A DNA stretch of 64,000 nt from NCBI GenBank assembly GCA_029553545.1, contig JAKPKU010000170.1, positions 4,621-68,620 on the forward strand, read 5' to 3'. Below are positions 50,710 through 59,969 of this stretch, in pieces. The notes under the pieces were generated by a model. The model saw only the letters and a program-made list of their open reading frames with translations. It was not told where the DNA came from and made no database searches. Within the stretch, counting starts at the first letter, position 1. Every line of letters begins with the position of its first letter. The stretch comes from Candidatus Cloacimonadota bacterium. Lineage in GTDB: Bacteria; Cloacimonadota; Cloacimonadia; Cloacimonadales; WRIO01. Made by a program: the position numbers and the translations under genes.

Positions 50710-52577
50710 TGAGTATAATCAGTAAAGTTGGCAAAAAATCTATTAAGACCAGAACACTAAATAGCATTATCCACTTTGTACTGATAACAGGTACTCTGAC
50801 AATGATTTACCCCTTTTTATTGATGATCTCTTTCTCTTTTAAAAGCGCAGTTGATAGTACTAATCTCAAGCTAATCCCAGCTTTCTTATATCAAGATGAA
50901 GCACTTTATAAAAAGTACATGGAAAGCCGCTACAATGAGGAAAGTAGCAGACTGATGGATAATTATCCTGGCTCGTGGATCTCATTTGCAGAAGTAAGCC
51001 TGCCAGAACACATCAATGAGCGCATCTATCAAGACTTTCAAGAGTTTATCGCTGAGTATCAATATGACACCTACTCTTATTGCATAGCAGAGCATTATGG
51101 GCGTGGCGTTTACCCTTATGCACAGCGACTTTATCGCAAAGAATTGAGAAAAGAAAATAATAATAGCTTAGTTGATTTTAATAATAAATACAATGCAGGA
51201 GCGATGAGCTGGGGCGAAATAGTAGTGGAAGAGAAAGATATTTTTAGCCGCAATTATGTGAGCTCCACTGATAGCTATCTTGGGCGCTTTCGTGAGTTTA
51301 AAGAGCAAAGCCCGCAGTGGATGCGCTATTATATCAACCCTGATGGTTACTTTACCAATGTTTTATTGATACCTGCTTTTGGAGAAGATCTGGAGGCTTT
51401 TAATCTTGAGAATAACACCAATTATGTGAGCTGGAATGAGATTAGACTCAGTTCAGAATGCCCACCTGCTGATGATCCTCTTTATAAGTACTGGCTAAAT
51501 TATGCACGTGACATCATCAATGTGCATCATTTGAGTGTAAAGAAAGAGGCAGAACCTGAATATCAGAGCATGCTACTGGAGAAATATAATTACGTACAAA
51601 CGCTGAATAAAACCTGGAATAGCGACTATCAAAGCTTTGCAGAGATTCACATACCTGAGAAGATGCCTGACACGGGTGCTATGGTAGAAGATCTGACTTT
51701 CTTTATCCAAAACCTTGCACAGCCAGAGCATATTCAGATACATAGTATGGCAAATGATTTTCGTCAGTATATCGCCAATAAATACACAGATCTAAACATA
51801 TTAAACGAGAAGTATAACACACAATATCAGAACTTTAATGAGATTGCTTTTCCTACCGCAGAGCTCGATTATTATAATTTCAAAGAACGTAAATCTGAGA
51901 TAAGACGAGAGTTTTTATGGCGTAATTATGCAATGTCGCTTGATCAAATGCTGTCTGATGCCAAGTCTCTACGTAATACAGGCATTTATGTCCTTTTGTC
52001 TATTCTCTTAGCTATTACAGTAAATCCGCTCGCAGCATATGCTTTGAGTAGGTTCAAGCCACGCTTTTCATATCAAATAATCTTACTTTTTATGCTCACA
52101 ATGGCTTTCCCTGCAATGGTAATGGGCATACCTAATTTCTTACTTTTAAAAAAGTTAAATTTACTCAATACCTTTTGGGCATTAGTATTGCCTGCAGCGG
52201 CTGATGGCTATTTTATCTTTTTACTAAAGGGCTTTTTTGATAGCTTACCACGTGAGCTGTATGAGAGTGCCAGCCTCGATGGTGCGGGTGAATTTCGTTT
52301 ATTTTGGCAATTTACGCTGTATTTAAGCAAGCCTATCCTGGCAGTTATCGCTTTGGGCGCTTTTAATGCAGCATATCGTAACTTTCTTTTTGCCTTCATA
52401 GTCTGTCAAGACCAATCGATGTGGACTTTGATGGTTCATATTTATAACTTGATGCAGAGAGCGTCGAGTGGAGTTGGCTATGCAGCTTTAGTTATTGCCG
52501 CAATACCCACTCTCATGGTCTTTATTTTCTTCCAAAACATAATAATCAAAGGTATTGTAATACCGATGGAAAAATAA
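50706..52577 (+). CDS. Carbohydrate ABC permease with ~350-aa extracytoplasmic insert
   Basis: YPFLLMIS.SFK, AAYALSRF, LYESASLDGAG. Confidence 0.88.
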   Translation: MMSIISKVGKKSIKTRTLNSIIHFVLITGTLTMIYPFLLMISFSFKSAVDSTNLKLIPAFLYQDEALYKKYMESRYNEESSRLMDNYPGSWISFAEVSLPEHINERIYQDFQEFIAEYQYDTYSYCIAEHYGRGVYPYAQRLYRKELRKENNNSLVDFNNKYNAGAMSWGEIVVEEKDIFSRNYVSSTDSYLGRFREFKEQSPQWMRYYINPDGYFTNVLLIPAFGEDLEAFNLENNTNYVSWNEIRLSSECPPADDPLYKYWLNYARDIINVHHLSVKKEAEPEYQSMLLEKYNYVQTLNKTWNSDYQSFAEIHIPEKMPDTGAMVEDLTFFIQNLAQPEHIQIHSMANDFRQYIANKYTDLNILNEKYNTQYQNFNEIAFPTAELDYYNFKERKSEIRREFLWRNYAMSLDQMLSDAKSLRNTGIYVLLSILLAITVNPLAAYALSRFKPRFSYQIILLFMLTMAFPAMVMGIPNFLLLKKLNLLNTFWALVLPAAADGYFIFLLKGFFDSLPRELYESASLDGAGEFRLFWQFTLYLSKPILAVIALGAFNAAYRNFLFAFIVCQDQSMWTLMVHIYNLMQRASSGVGYAALVIAAIPTLMVFIFFQNIIIKGIVIPMEK

Positions 52578-52606
52578 AAAAATACCCATATATATAGGAG
52601 ATTTCG

Positions 52607-55600
52607 ATGAGAAACGCAAAAATATATTATGAACGTGCAAAACGCTTGCATGATAGAGTAACAAATGAAATTTACTCACAAGCTCATGGCTTACAAGTAA
52701 AATTTACCCACGATAAAATTGAACCTATACCCGTTTCAAAGCTGAATACCAGAAAATGGAAAGAGCTAAAAGTCAAACAGAAATGGGCAGATACTTGGGC
52801 ATGTGCCTGGTTTATTTTTGAAGGAAAAGTACCTACAGAGCACGCTGGCAAAGAAGTTGGGGTATATATTGACATTCAAGGTGAAGCATGCGTCTTTAAA
52901 AATACTGGCAAAACCTCACCAAATCTCTTTGATTTAAACAAACCACTCACCCCCTATGCAGGACTGACAAATAAGATACACTGGAGCTTGCAATCGGGTA
53001 AGTTTTATCTGCCACTATTTAAAAAAGCTAAAGGAGGAGAGAATATATCCCTCTTAGCAGAGGCTGGTGCTAATGGGCTTTTTGGCAAAGATAAAGACGA
53101 ATACTTGCTGGAACGAGCAGATATAGTGGTATTTGATAGAGAGAAATATCAACTTTTGATGGATTTAAAGGTGCTAATCTCGCTTTATGAAAACCTTGAA
53201 GAAAGTAGTGTGCGTAAAAAAAGAGTACTGCATGCTCTAAACGAGATTGCTAATAATTATCAAGATGGCAATAATATGGATAAATGCCGTGAAATTGCTA
53301 AAGAAATTCTCTCGTCGCCCGCGGTACCAAGTGCCTTGACAGCTTGGTCAATCGGGCATGCACATATAGATCTGGCGTGGCTTTGGCCCATTAGAGAGAC
53401 GAAGAGAAAGGCAAGCCGCACGTTTTCTACAGCACTGAGAATGATGGAAACATACCCAGATTATACATTTGGTGCATCACAAGCACAGCTTTACCAATGG
53501 ACAAAGGATAATTATCCGCAACTCTATTGCGAAATCAAGAAACAAATAGAAAAAAATAGATGGGAAGTGCAGGGGGCAAGCTGGGTTGAGCACGATACAA
53601 ACATGCCGTCGGGTGAGTCTCTCGTGCGACAATATATGTATGGTAAACGCTTTTTTAGAGAAGAGTTTGGCAAAGAATTTGATTACCTATTTTTACCTGA
53701 TTGTTTTGGCTTTACAGGCTCTTTGCCACAGATTCTCAAGCAAGCGGGTGTGAACTACTTTATCTCACAAAAGCTCTCTTGGAACGACACCAATAAGTTT
53801 CCACACAGTAGCTTTATTTGGGAAGGGATCGATGGTTCTAAGATAAAGACTCACTTTTTACCGACTCATGACTATAACTTTTCAAACTTGCCAGGTGATT
53901 TTATTAAGTCAGAAAAACGCTTTGAGCAGGCAGATATCTGCAATGACTTTCTCAATCTCTATGGCATTGGTGATGGTGGTGGAGGACCTTCTTCTGAACA
54001 CATCGAGTTGGCGGTCAGACAGCAAAATTGCGAGGGTGTACCACGCGTAAAGTTTGGCTTTGTCAGCGACTTTCTCAAGACTTTAGACGATAAAGAGGAG
54101 ACCTTGCCTGTGTGGAAAGGCGAACTTTATTTTGAATTGCATCGCGGCACTTATACTACGCAAGGCTTGATGAAAAAGAATAATCGCATGCTTGAGCAAC
54201 GCCTACAACAGCTTGAGTTTATAAGTGTGATTAGTGAGCAAGATATTAGAGAGAAAATTGAGCCTATTTGGAAAGATGTTTTATTAAACCAATTCCATGA
54301 TATAATTCCTGGATCATCAATTGGTTGGGTCTATAAAGATGCAAATGCCCTCTCAGAAAGTAATCTAAAGCTCTGCAAAGAAATTGAAGAAGAGATGATC
54401 TTTGCTGAATTTGAAAAAGGCAACAATGCTTATTTGTTCATAAATAGTCAGCCTTGGCGTCGTCGTGAGCTCATAGAGCTTGATGAAGAAAGCCCTGTAG
54501 TCTTGGTGGATGCTGAGGATAAAGAGATCCCAAGCTTTTGGGCAGATGGCAAGATCAAAGCGCTTGTTGAATGCCAGGCAATGGGTTATCAAGTGGTCTA
54601 TAAAATGGCGTGTCCACTTATTTCTTGCAATGACTATTCTTCGGATGCAAGCGTTTTGGAAAACAATTATCTGATCGTCAAGCTTGATCAAGATGGCTGT
54701 ATAAACAGAATTTTTGATAAAGAAAATAATAGAGAAGTTTTGACAGGGCAAGCAAATAAATTACAAATGTGGGAAGACTTGCCTAATAATTGGGGGGCTT
54801 GGGATATTAATAACTTCTATCGTGAGACAAAGCCAATACAGCCTGTTTTAATCGAGAGAAAACTACTCGAAGCAAATGCCCTGGTAAAAAAGATTAAGCA
54901 GGTTTTTAAAGTAGGCAACTCTACTATCGAACAGATTATTAGCCTCAAGAGTCAATCTAAGCTCATTCAAATTGACAATGTGGTTGATTGGCAGGAAAAG
55001 CATAAAATGCTGAGAGTCGGTGCAGAAACAAATATTCAAAGTATGTATTCAAATGCAGAAGTGCAGTTTGGTTTGATGCAAAGACCAACTCACCAAAACA
55101 CTTCATGGGATGAAGCAAAGTTTGAAATCCTGGCTCATCGCTTTATAGATTTATCTCAAGAGGATTATGGTTTTGCTGTGCTTAATGATTGCAAGTATGG
55201 GCATTCCGTACAAGGAGGAACGATAGAGATAAACCTCTTACGCAGCCCAGCAGATGTCGATCCTGATGCAGATATTCATCAGCATAGCTTTACTTTTGGT
55301 TATTATCCACATATTGGTAATTTGGAAAAGTCAGACACCTTGCAAAAAGCACATAACCTTAATTCACCGTTAGTTGTATATCCGATCTCTACGGATAAAG
55401 GTATCAAAGACACCCCTTATTTCTCAATTGAGGGCAGAAATGTCAAGATCGATACAGTAAAACACAGTGATTTAGAGAAAGATTCTTTGATTTTACGTTG
55501 CTATGAGACAATGGGTACAAGTACACGAATTAATATTACAAGTAAAAAATATAAGATAAAAGAGGCATTCCTTTGCAATCTGCTTGGTGAAAACATACAT

Positions 55601-55684
55601 GCCATCATCTCTTTTGATAATACTTTAATGCTCGATTTTAAACCATTTGAAATTAAGACAATTAAAATTAAAAAGGGTAAATAA
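52607..55684 (+). CDS. Alpha-mannosidase, GH38
   Basis: GHAHIDLAWLW, LPDCFG, GDGGGGP, ELYFELHRGTYT, QFHDIIPGSSI. Confidence 0.95.
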   Translation: MRNAKIYYERAKRLHDRVTNEIYSQAHGLQVKFTHDKIEPIPVSKLNTRKWKELKVKQKWADTWACAWFIFEGKVPTEHAGKEVGVYIDIQGEACVFKNTGKTSPNLFDLNKPLTPYAGLTNKIHWSLQSGKFYLPLFKKAKGGENISLLAEAGANGLFGKDKDEYLLERADIVVFDREKYQLLMDLKVLISLYENLEESSVRKKRVLHALNEIANNYQDGNNMDKCREIAKEILSSPAVPSALTAWSIGHAHIDLAWLWPIRETKRKASRTFSTALRMMETYPDYTFGASQAQLYQWTKDNYPQLYCEIKKQIEKNRWEVQGASWVEHDTNMPSGESLVRQYMYGKRFFREEFGKEFDYLFLPDCFGFTGSLPQILKQAGVNYFISQKLSWNDTNKFPHSSFIWEGIDGSKIKTHFLPTHDYNFSNLPGDFIKSEKRFEQADICNDFLNLYGIGDGGGGPSSEHIELAVRQQNCEGVPRVKFGFVSDFLKTLDDKEETLPVWKGELYFELHRGTYTTQGLMKKNNRMLEQRLQQLEFISVISEQDIREKIEPIWKDVLLNQFHDIIPGSSIGWVYKDANALSESNLKLCKEIEEEMIFAEFEKGNNAYLFINSQPWRRRELIELDEESPVVLVDAEDKEIPSFWADGKIKALVECQAMGYQVVYKMACPLISCNDYSSDASVLENNYLIVKLDQDGCINRIFDKENNREVLTGQANKLQMWEDLPNNWGAWDINNFYRETKPIQPVLIERKLLEANALVKKIKQVFKVGNSTIEQIISLKSQSKLIQIDNVVDWQEKHKMLRVGAETNIQSMYSNAEVQFGLMQRPTHQNTSWDEAKFEILAHRFIDLSQEDYGFAVLNDCKYGHSVQGGTIEINLLRSPADVDPDADIHQHSFTFGYYPHIGNLEKSDTLQKAHNLNSPLVVYPISTDKGIKDTPYFSIEGRNVKIDTVKHSDLEKDSLILRCYETMGTSTRINITSKKYKIKEAFLCNLLGENIHAIISFDNTLMLDFKPFEIKTIKIKKGK

Positions 55685-57196
55685 ATGAATGTCATACCAA
55701 AAATCGTAAAGTATCCAGAGAAGGGGAGCCCTTGTTCTATTGCAAGTAACTGGGTGATTGGAGCCCCTTCGGCTTTAAAGAAATATGCTTTGATGCTACA
55801 TGCAGATTTAAAAGACATCTTGGGACTGGAGCTTAAATTTAACAATAGTAAAACCAGCGAGGCAATCAAGCTAAAGTTGAACACGAAAGCTTGCAGCGAG
55901 GCAGAATCTTTCAATATCGCTTTTTATGAAAACTCAATTGAATTAATAGGGCATGATGAGCAAGGCTTATTTTACGCTATACAAACCTTGAAACAAGTTT
56001 TGCTTACGCACGGTAATAATATTGCAGCGTGTTCAATACACTCAATAAAAGGATATTCTTGGCGGGGAATGCACCTCGATGTGAGCCGCCACTTCTTCCC
56101 CATTCCTTATCTCAAAAAGCTCATTGATTTGATGGCATTGTTTAGACTCAATCGCTTTCATTGGCATTTGACCGACGATCAAGGCTGGCGGATTGAAAGT
56201 AAAAAGTTCCCTCTATTACATAAAATTGGCTCTTGCCGTGACGAAGAGGGCTATAGAGAGCCGCAATATTATACGCAAGAAGAGATTAAAGATTTTGTTG
56301 CATATGCAGAAGAACGCTTCGTCGAGGTAATACCTGAAATCGATATGCCTGGGCACACACAATCAGTTTTGGCTGCCTATCCTAACTTGTCATGCACGGG
56401 TGAACCAACACAGACATGGACCAAATGGGGCGTTTCTGAAGATGTTTTGTGTATGGGCAGGGATAGTACATATGAATTTGTAGAAGAGCTCTTAAATGAG
56501 GTGATTCCGCTCTTTAAAAGCAAGTATTTTCATATTGGTGGAGACGAATGTCCTGATACTGCTTGGCAAAGCTGTCCACATTGCCAAAAAAAGAAAGACG
56601 AGCTTGGGCTGCATGACTTCAGGGCTCTGCAACATCAATTTACAAACTTTTTATCTGAAGTATTAAAAAAGCATGATAAAATCATGATTGGCTGGGACGA
56701 AATAACTGAAGGTCAGCTGCCAGATAATACCGTAGTCATGGCATGGCGTGGCAATGCTGGGAAAGCAGCTGTTAATGCGATCTCACAAGGGAAAAATGTG
56801 ATTTTCACACCTAATAGTAGCTATTACCTCGACTGGCGTCAGTCAGATAAAGAAGGGGAGCCTGGCGGCTTTGGCGTCACAGATCTAAAAAAAGTCTTTC
56901 AATATGACCCACAAGAAATTATCAAAATTGAAGAGCTACAATATACTCACAATTCAACAAAAAGTGATTTGAAACTTTATTTTGATATTAATAAATGCAC
57001 AGATTATTTCTTAGGTATTCAGGTTAATCTCTGGACAGAACGCATTCACAATGAAAAAGAGCTGAAATATATGCTTTTCCCACGATTGTTAGCGCTGGCT
57101 GAGCAAGCGGACAGCCGTTCTACAAATAAAGATTATATTGAGTTTAGCAAACGAGCAGAAATCATCATGGAAAAGGTTTTAAATCATTATTTGTAA
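55685..57196 (+). CDS. Beta-N-acetylhexosaminidase, GH20
   Basis: WRGMHLDVSRHF, HWHLTDDQGWR, PEIDMPGH, HIGGDE. Confidence 0.95.
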   Translation: MNVIPKIVKYPEKGSPCSIASNWVIGAPSALKKYALMLHADLKDILGLELKFNNSKTSEAIKLKLNTKACSEAESFNIAFYENSIELIGHDEQGLFYAIQTLKQVLLTHGNNIAACSIHSIKGYSWRGMHLDVSRHFFPIPYLKKLIDLMALFRLNRFHWHLTDDQGWRIESKKFPLLHKIGSCRDEEGYREPQYYTQEEIKDFVAYAEERFVEVIPEIDMPGHTQSVLAAYPNLSCTGEPTQTWTKWGVSEDVLCMGRDSTYEFVEELLNEVIPLFKSKYFHIGGDECPDTAWQSCPHCQKKKDELGLHDFRALQHQFTNFLSEVLKKHDKIMIGWDEITEGQLPDNTVVMAWRGNAGKAAVNAISQGKNVIFTPNSSYYLDWRQSDKEGEPGGFGVTDLKKVFQYDPQEIIKIEELQYTHNSTKSDLKLYFDINKCTDYFLGIQVNLWTERIHNEKELKYMLFPRLLALAEQADSRSTNKDYIEFSKRAEIIMEKVLNHYL

Positions 57197-57216
57197 TCTA
57201 AGGGCAATGGTATTTT

Positions 57217-57337
57217 GAACTGAGAGCTTATTTGGTCCTCGCTGCGCAGCGGGTGAGGATCAAAATCGTGCGTTGCAGTGGTTTGTTAAATAATAAATCG
57301 CATCTAAACCCGCTCGTAGTAGTCATCTGCTGATTTA
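57217..57337. repeat. Composite: gaactgagagct + inverted CCTAACC-type unit (57231-57258) + partial family Q element
   Basis: Reverse complement cctcacccgctgcgcagcgaggaccaaa vs cctaacccgcagcgaagcgaggaccaaa at 12209; tctaaacccgctcgtagtagtcatctgctgattt. Confidence 0.8.
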
Positions 57338-57424
57338 TAAATATCTTGATTAGAAGTTTATACAGGAAGAACCTCCCCTTTATCATCCTGGTAACAAACG
57401 TTTAAACCGAAGGTATAAAGGACA

Positions 57425-59614
57425 TTACTTTAGTATCATCATTTTCCCTGAGATAATCTCCTGATCAGAATCAGCTCTGTAAAGGTATAGACCACTTGAT
57501 ACTGCCTTACCATTCATATCTTTCTTATTCCAGACAAATTCACTACTACTATCTTTTTTTACCTGATTGCTTATTTTATTAACCAACTGCCCTTTTATAT
57601 TATAGATAGAGATGTTCTTGACTTTGGTATTGTTTTTAATTAAAAATCTTACCTGGTCTGACCTGCATGGATTAGGATAGACAGAGATGGTTGATGGTTT
57701 TACAAGTGTCTGATCATCAGTTGATACAGTATAATCAAAACTGTAGAGATTGACTCCAGAAGAAGCTATACTAACTATTCTTTGTTGATCAAAATATATA
57801 TAGTACATAGCATTACGATTTTCATTGATCTCTCCGACCTGACTAAACATTCCATTTCCAATATAGTAAACTAATGCTGTCTCAGAGTCAAAATCTTTAA
57901 CTACTGATGTTTGGTTATATATTGTTGAAACACTCAATAAATCTTTTGTCATTTGATCAAGAAATGTGATAGAATGATCAGTGTAGTTATATAATTTATT
58001 TATATATTCTGAAATTGTTATAAAAATCTCATCATTCACGAAATATGCTCCATATTCAATACCACTAATTATCGGTGTTTCGTACATAATAGTAACAGGA
58101 TCATGCTTATCTCTAAACTGAAGTTTATTATTGTTTTTAAATATCAATAAGTTATTATGCGAATAAGATTGGTTTGAAATGTGTTGACTTTGTATTGTAT
58201 ATAAGAATTCTAACTCCGTATTATTAAAAGAATAAATATCCGTTGAGAAAATACCATTATTAACTTTGTTAAATAGAATTAAACTATCAATAATAGAGAA
58301 ATCATAATATGAGACATTGAGTTGATTTGAACAAACAAGAGATAAATTTTCTGAGCTAATATTGTAAATGTCAAAAAAGTTAGTGTTATCTATTCTATAC
58401 TTTAAGTATAAAGAGTTGTTTTTAATATCAAAATCGACAATATTAAGATCATTTTTGACATTCTCTTTACTCAGGATGATTTGATTATTATCAAACACAG
58501 AATGAAAAATAAATTGATTATTTGCAACATCATATACTCCAATATAGCCATTTTTATACATAGCTCCTTGTGCATTTAATCCGTACTTAGATAATAATTC
58601 AGTATTGTATTCAATATTATAGGTATTTATGCTCATATAAGCATTTCTGTATAAATAAGGATAGTGAAGGCATAAGCTTCCTGATTGAACATGATATTGC
58701 CCGTCTTCGGTATATAATAATGATTGGTCTGAAATATTGTATACATCAAATCTGTTTTTATGATCGACGGTATAAATATTTCCATCATGTATAAGTGCAT
58801 CTGTATAGTAATCATTACTTTGGGATGGGTTATATTTATGAAAAACAGTGGCAATGGAATCCAAATCACTTATGTTGAGCACCGTAATTTCGTGATGCCC
58901 TAATAAAAAAAGATTATCCCCTTCAATTTTCATATTAAAAAGAACACCTCCATTGCCAGTACTCCCAATAATTTCTTCATGAATATAATTATTATTATCA
59001 AACTGATCTAAATCTTCTATCATATGATAGAATCTTAATGAAAAAAATTCAGTGTTGTTTATAATAAAACTCCCATAACAAACTAATAGTGAATCGCTTA
59101 TAGTAATCAAACCAAATAGATTGTCAATATAACCATCGAAAGATAAATTGTGTTTGTTTATTTTTAATGTCCTCTCATGTTCATTGTCTGCCAAAAGAAT
59201 ATAATGATTAGATATTGATGGTCTAAAATTATTGTTTTTAGAGATATTAGTGTCGATCTTTGCAATAAATTGCATTGGTGACACACTGATATTAAATACA
59301 TTAATAAGATAAGAATCTTCATCTTGGTCAAAGAAATACAAGGAATCCCCTGAAACAAATGCAGTATTAATACCAATACCTTTTTTCTCATAAAACGAAA
59401 TTCTATCCAATGCACCATTAGTGTTTATCTCAAATTCTTCGATCATACCTTCACTTTCAACATACAATCTGTTTTGATACTTATTGATTGATCCTGAGTA
59501 GTTTGAATAGTCCAGTACCCTGCTATGATAATTAACATTACTGATGTTGGCTATATGTTGTGCATTTAACAAAGTAAAGACACCTAAGATGATTATAAAT
59601 ATTATTTTCTTCAT
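57425..59614 (-). CDS. Secreted beta-rich protein with FlgD-Ig/T9SS-like CTD, cassette copy B
   Basis: GGAGG RBS, signal peptide MKKIIFII, CTD VYPNP...IYNIKGQLV...GKMMILK. Confidence 0.85.
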   Translation of the reverse strand: MKKIIFIIILGVFTLLNAQHIANISNVNYHSRVLDYSNYSGSINKYQNRLYVESEGMIEEFEINTNGALDRISFYEKKGIGINTAFVSGDSLYFFDQDEDSYLINVFNISVSPMQFIAKIDTNISKNNNFRPSISNHYILLADNEHERTLKINKHNLSFDGYIDNLFGLITISDSLLVCYGSFIINNTEFFSLRFYHMIEDLDQFDNNNYIHEEIIGSTGNGGVLFNMKIEGDNLFLLGHHEITVLNISDLDSIATVFHKYNPSQSNDYYTDALIHDGNIYTVDHKNRFDVYNISDQSLLYTEDGQYHVQSGSLCLHYPYLYRNAYMSINTYNIEYNTELLSKYGLNAQGAMYKNGYIGVYDVANNQFIFHSVFDNNQIILSKENVKNDLNIVDFDIKNNSLYLKYRIDNTNFFDIYNISSENLSLVCSNQLNVSYYDFSIIDSLILFNKVNNGIFSTDIYSFNNTELEFLYTIQSQHISNQSYSHNNLLIFKNNNKLQFRDKHDPVTIMYETPIISGIEYGAYFVNDEIFITISEYINKLYNYTDHSITFLDQMTKDLLSVSTIYNQTSVVKDFDSETALVYYIGNGMFSQVGEINENRNAMYYIYFDQQRIVSIASSGVNLYSFDYTVSTDDQTLVKPSTISVYPNPCRSDQVRFLIKNNTKVKNISIYNIKGQLVNKISNQVKKDSSSEFVWNKKDMNGKAVSSGLYLYRADSDQEIISGKMMILK

Positions 59615-59656
59615 GATTACCTCCAATAAATGTGATTAGTAAAAGATGGCGGTCAA

Positions 59657-59827
59657 TTAGAATTCTCTGTCTATGTAGAAATCAAAACGATTTACATTTT
59701 GCACACTGGCACTTTTTGTTACGCCATGGCATGTAACTGTAACGGTTGAATAGACACATGGGTCGAAGTAATCTTCAACAGGTGTTGTATAAAATCCATC
59801 TGATCCTGTATAGTATAGTATAATCAT
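59657..59827 (-). pseudogene. Truncated paralogue of 62219-62611, fused in frame to the leader ORF (56 aa, no signal peptide)
   Basis: GSDGFYTTPV...VTCHG...VQNVNRFDFYIDREF shared; junction at ctgatcc 59800-59806; AGGAG RBS. Confidence 0.75.
59808..59822. repeat. (GTATA)3 simple sequence repeat
   Basis: Equivalent to (GTATA)6 at 62722. Confidence 0.8.
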
Positions 59828-59969
59828 GATTATCTCCTGCATCACCACTATTTCAAATTATTGCCTGTCCAGTAGGCAACTGTGCTAACAATACATTGGC
59901 AAGCAAAGCTGTCAAGAAATATTTAAAATGATTGATATTGTATTGTAAGTATTAAAAGTATAAAGGACA

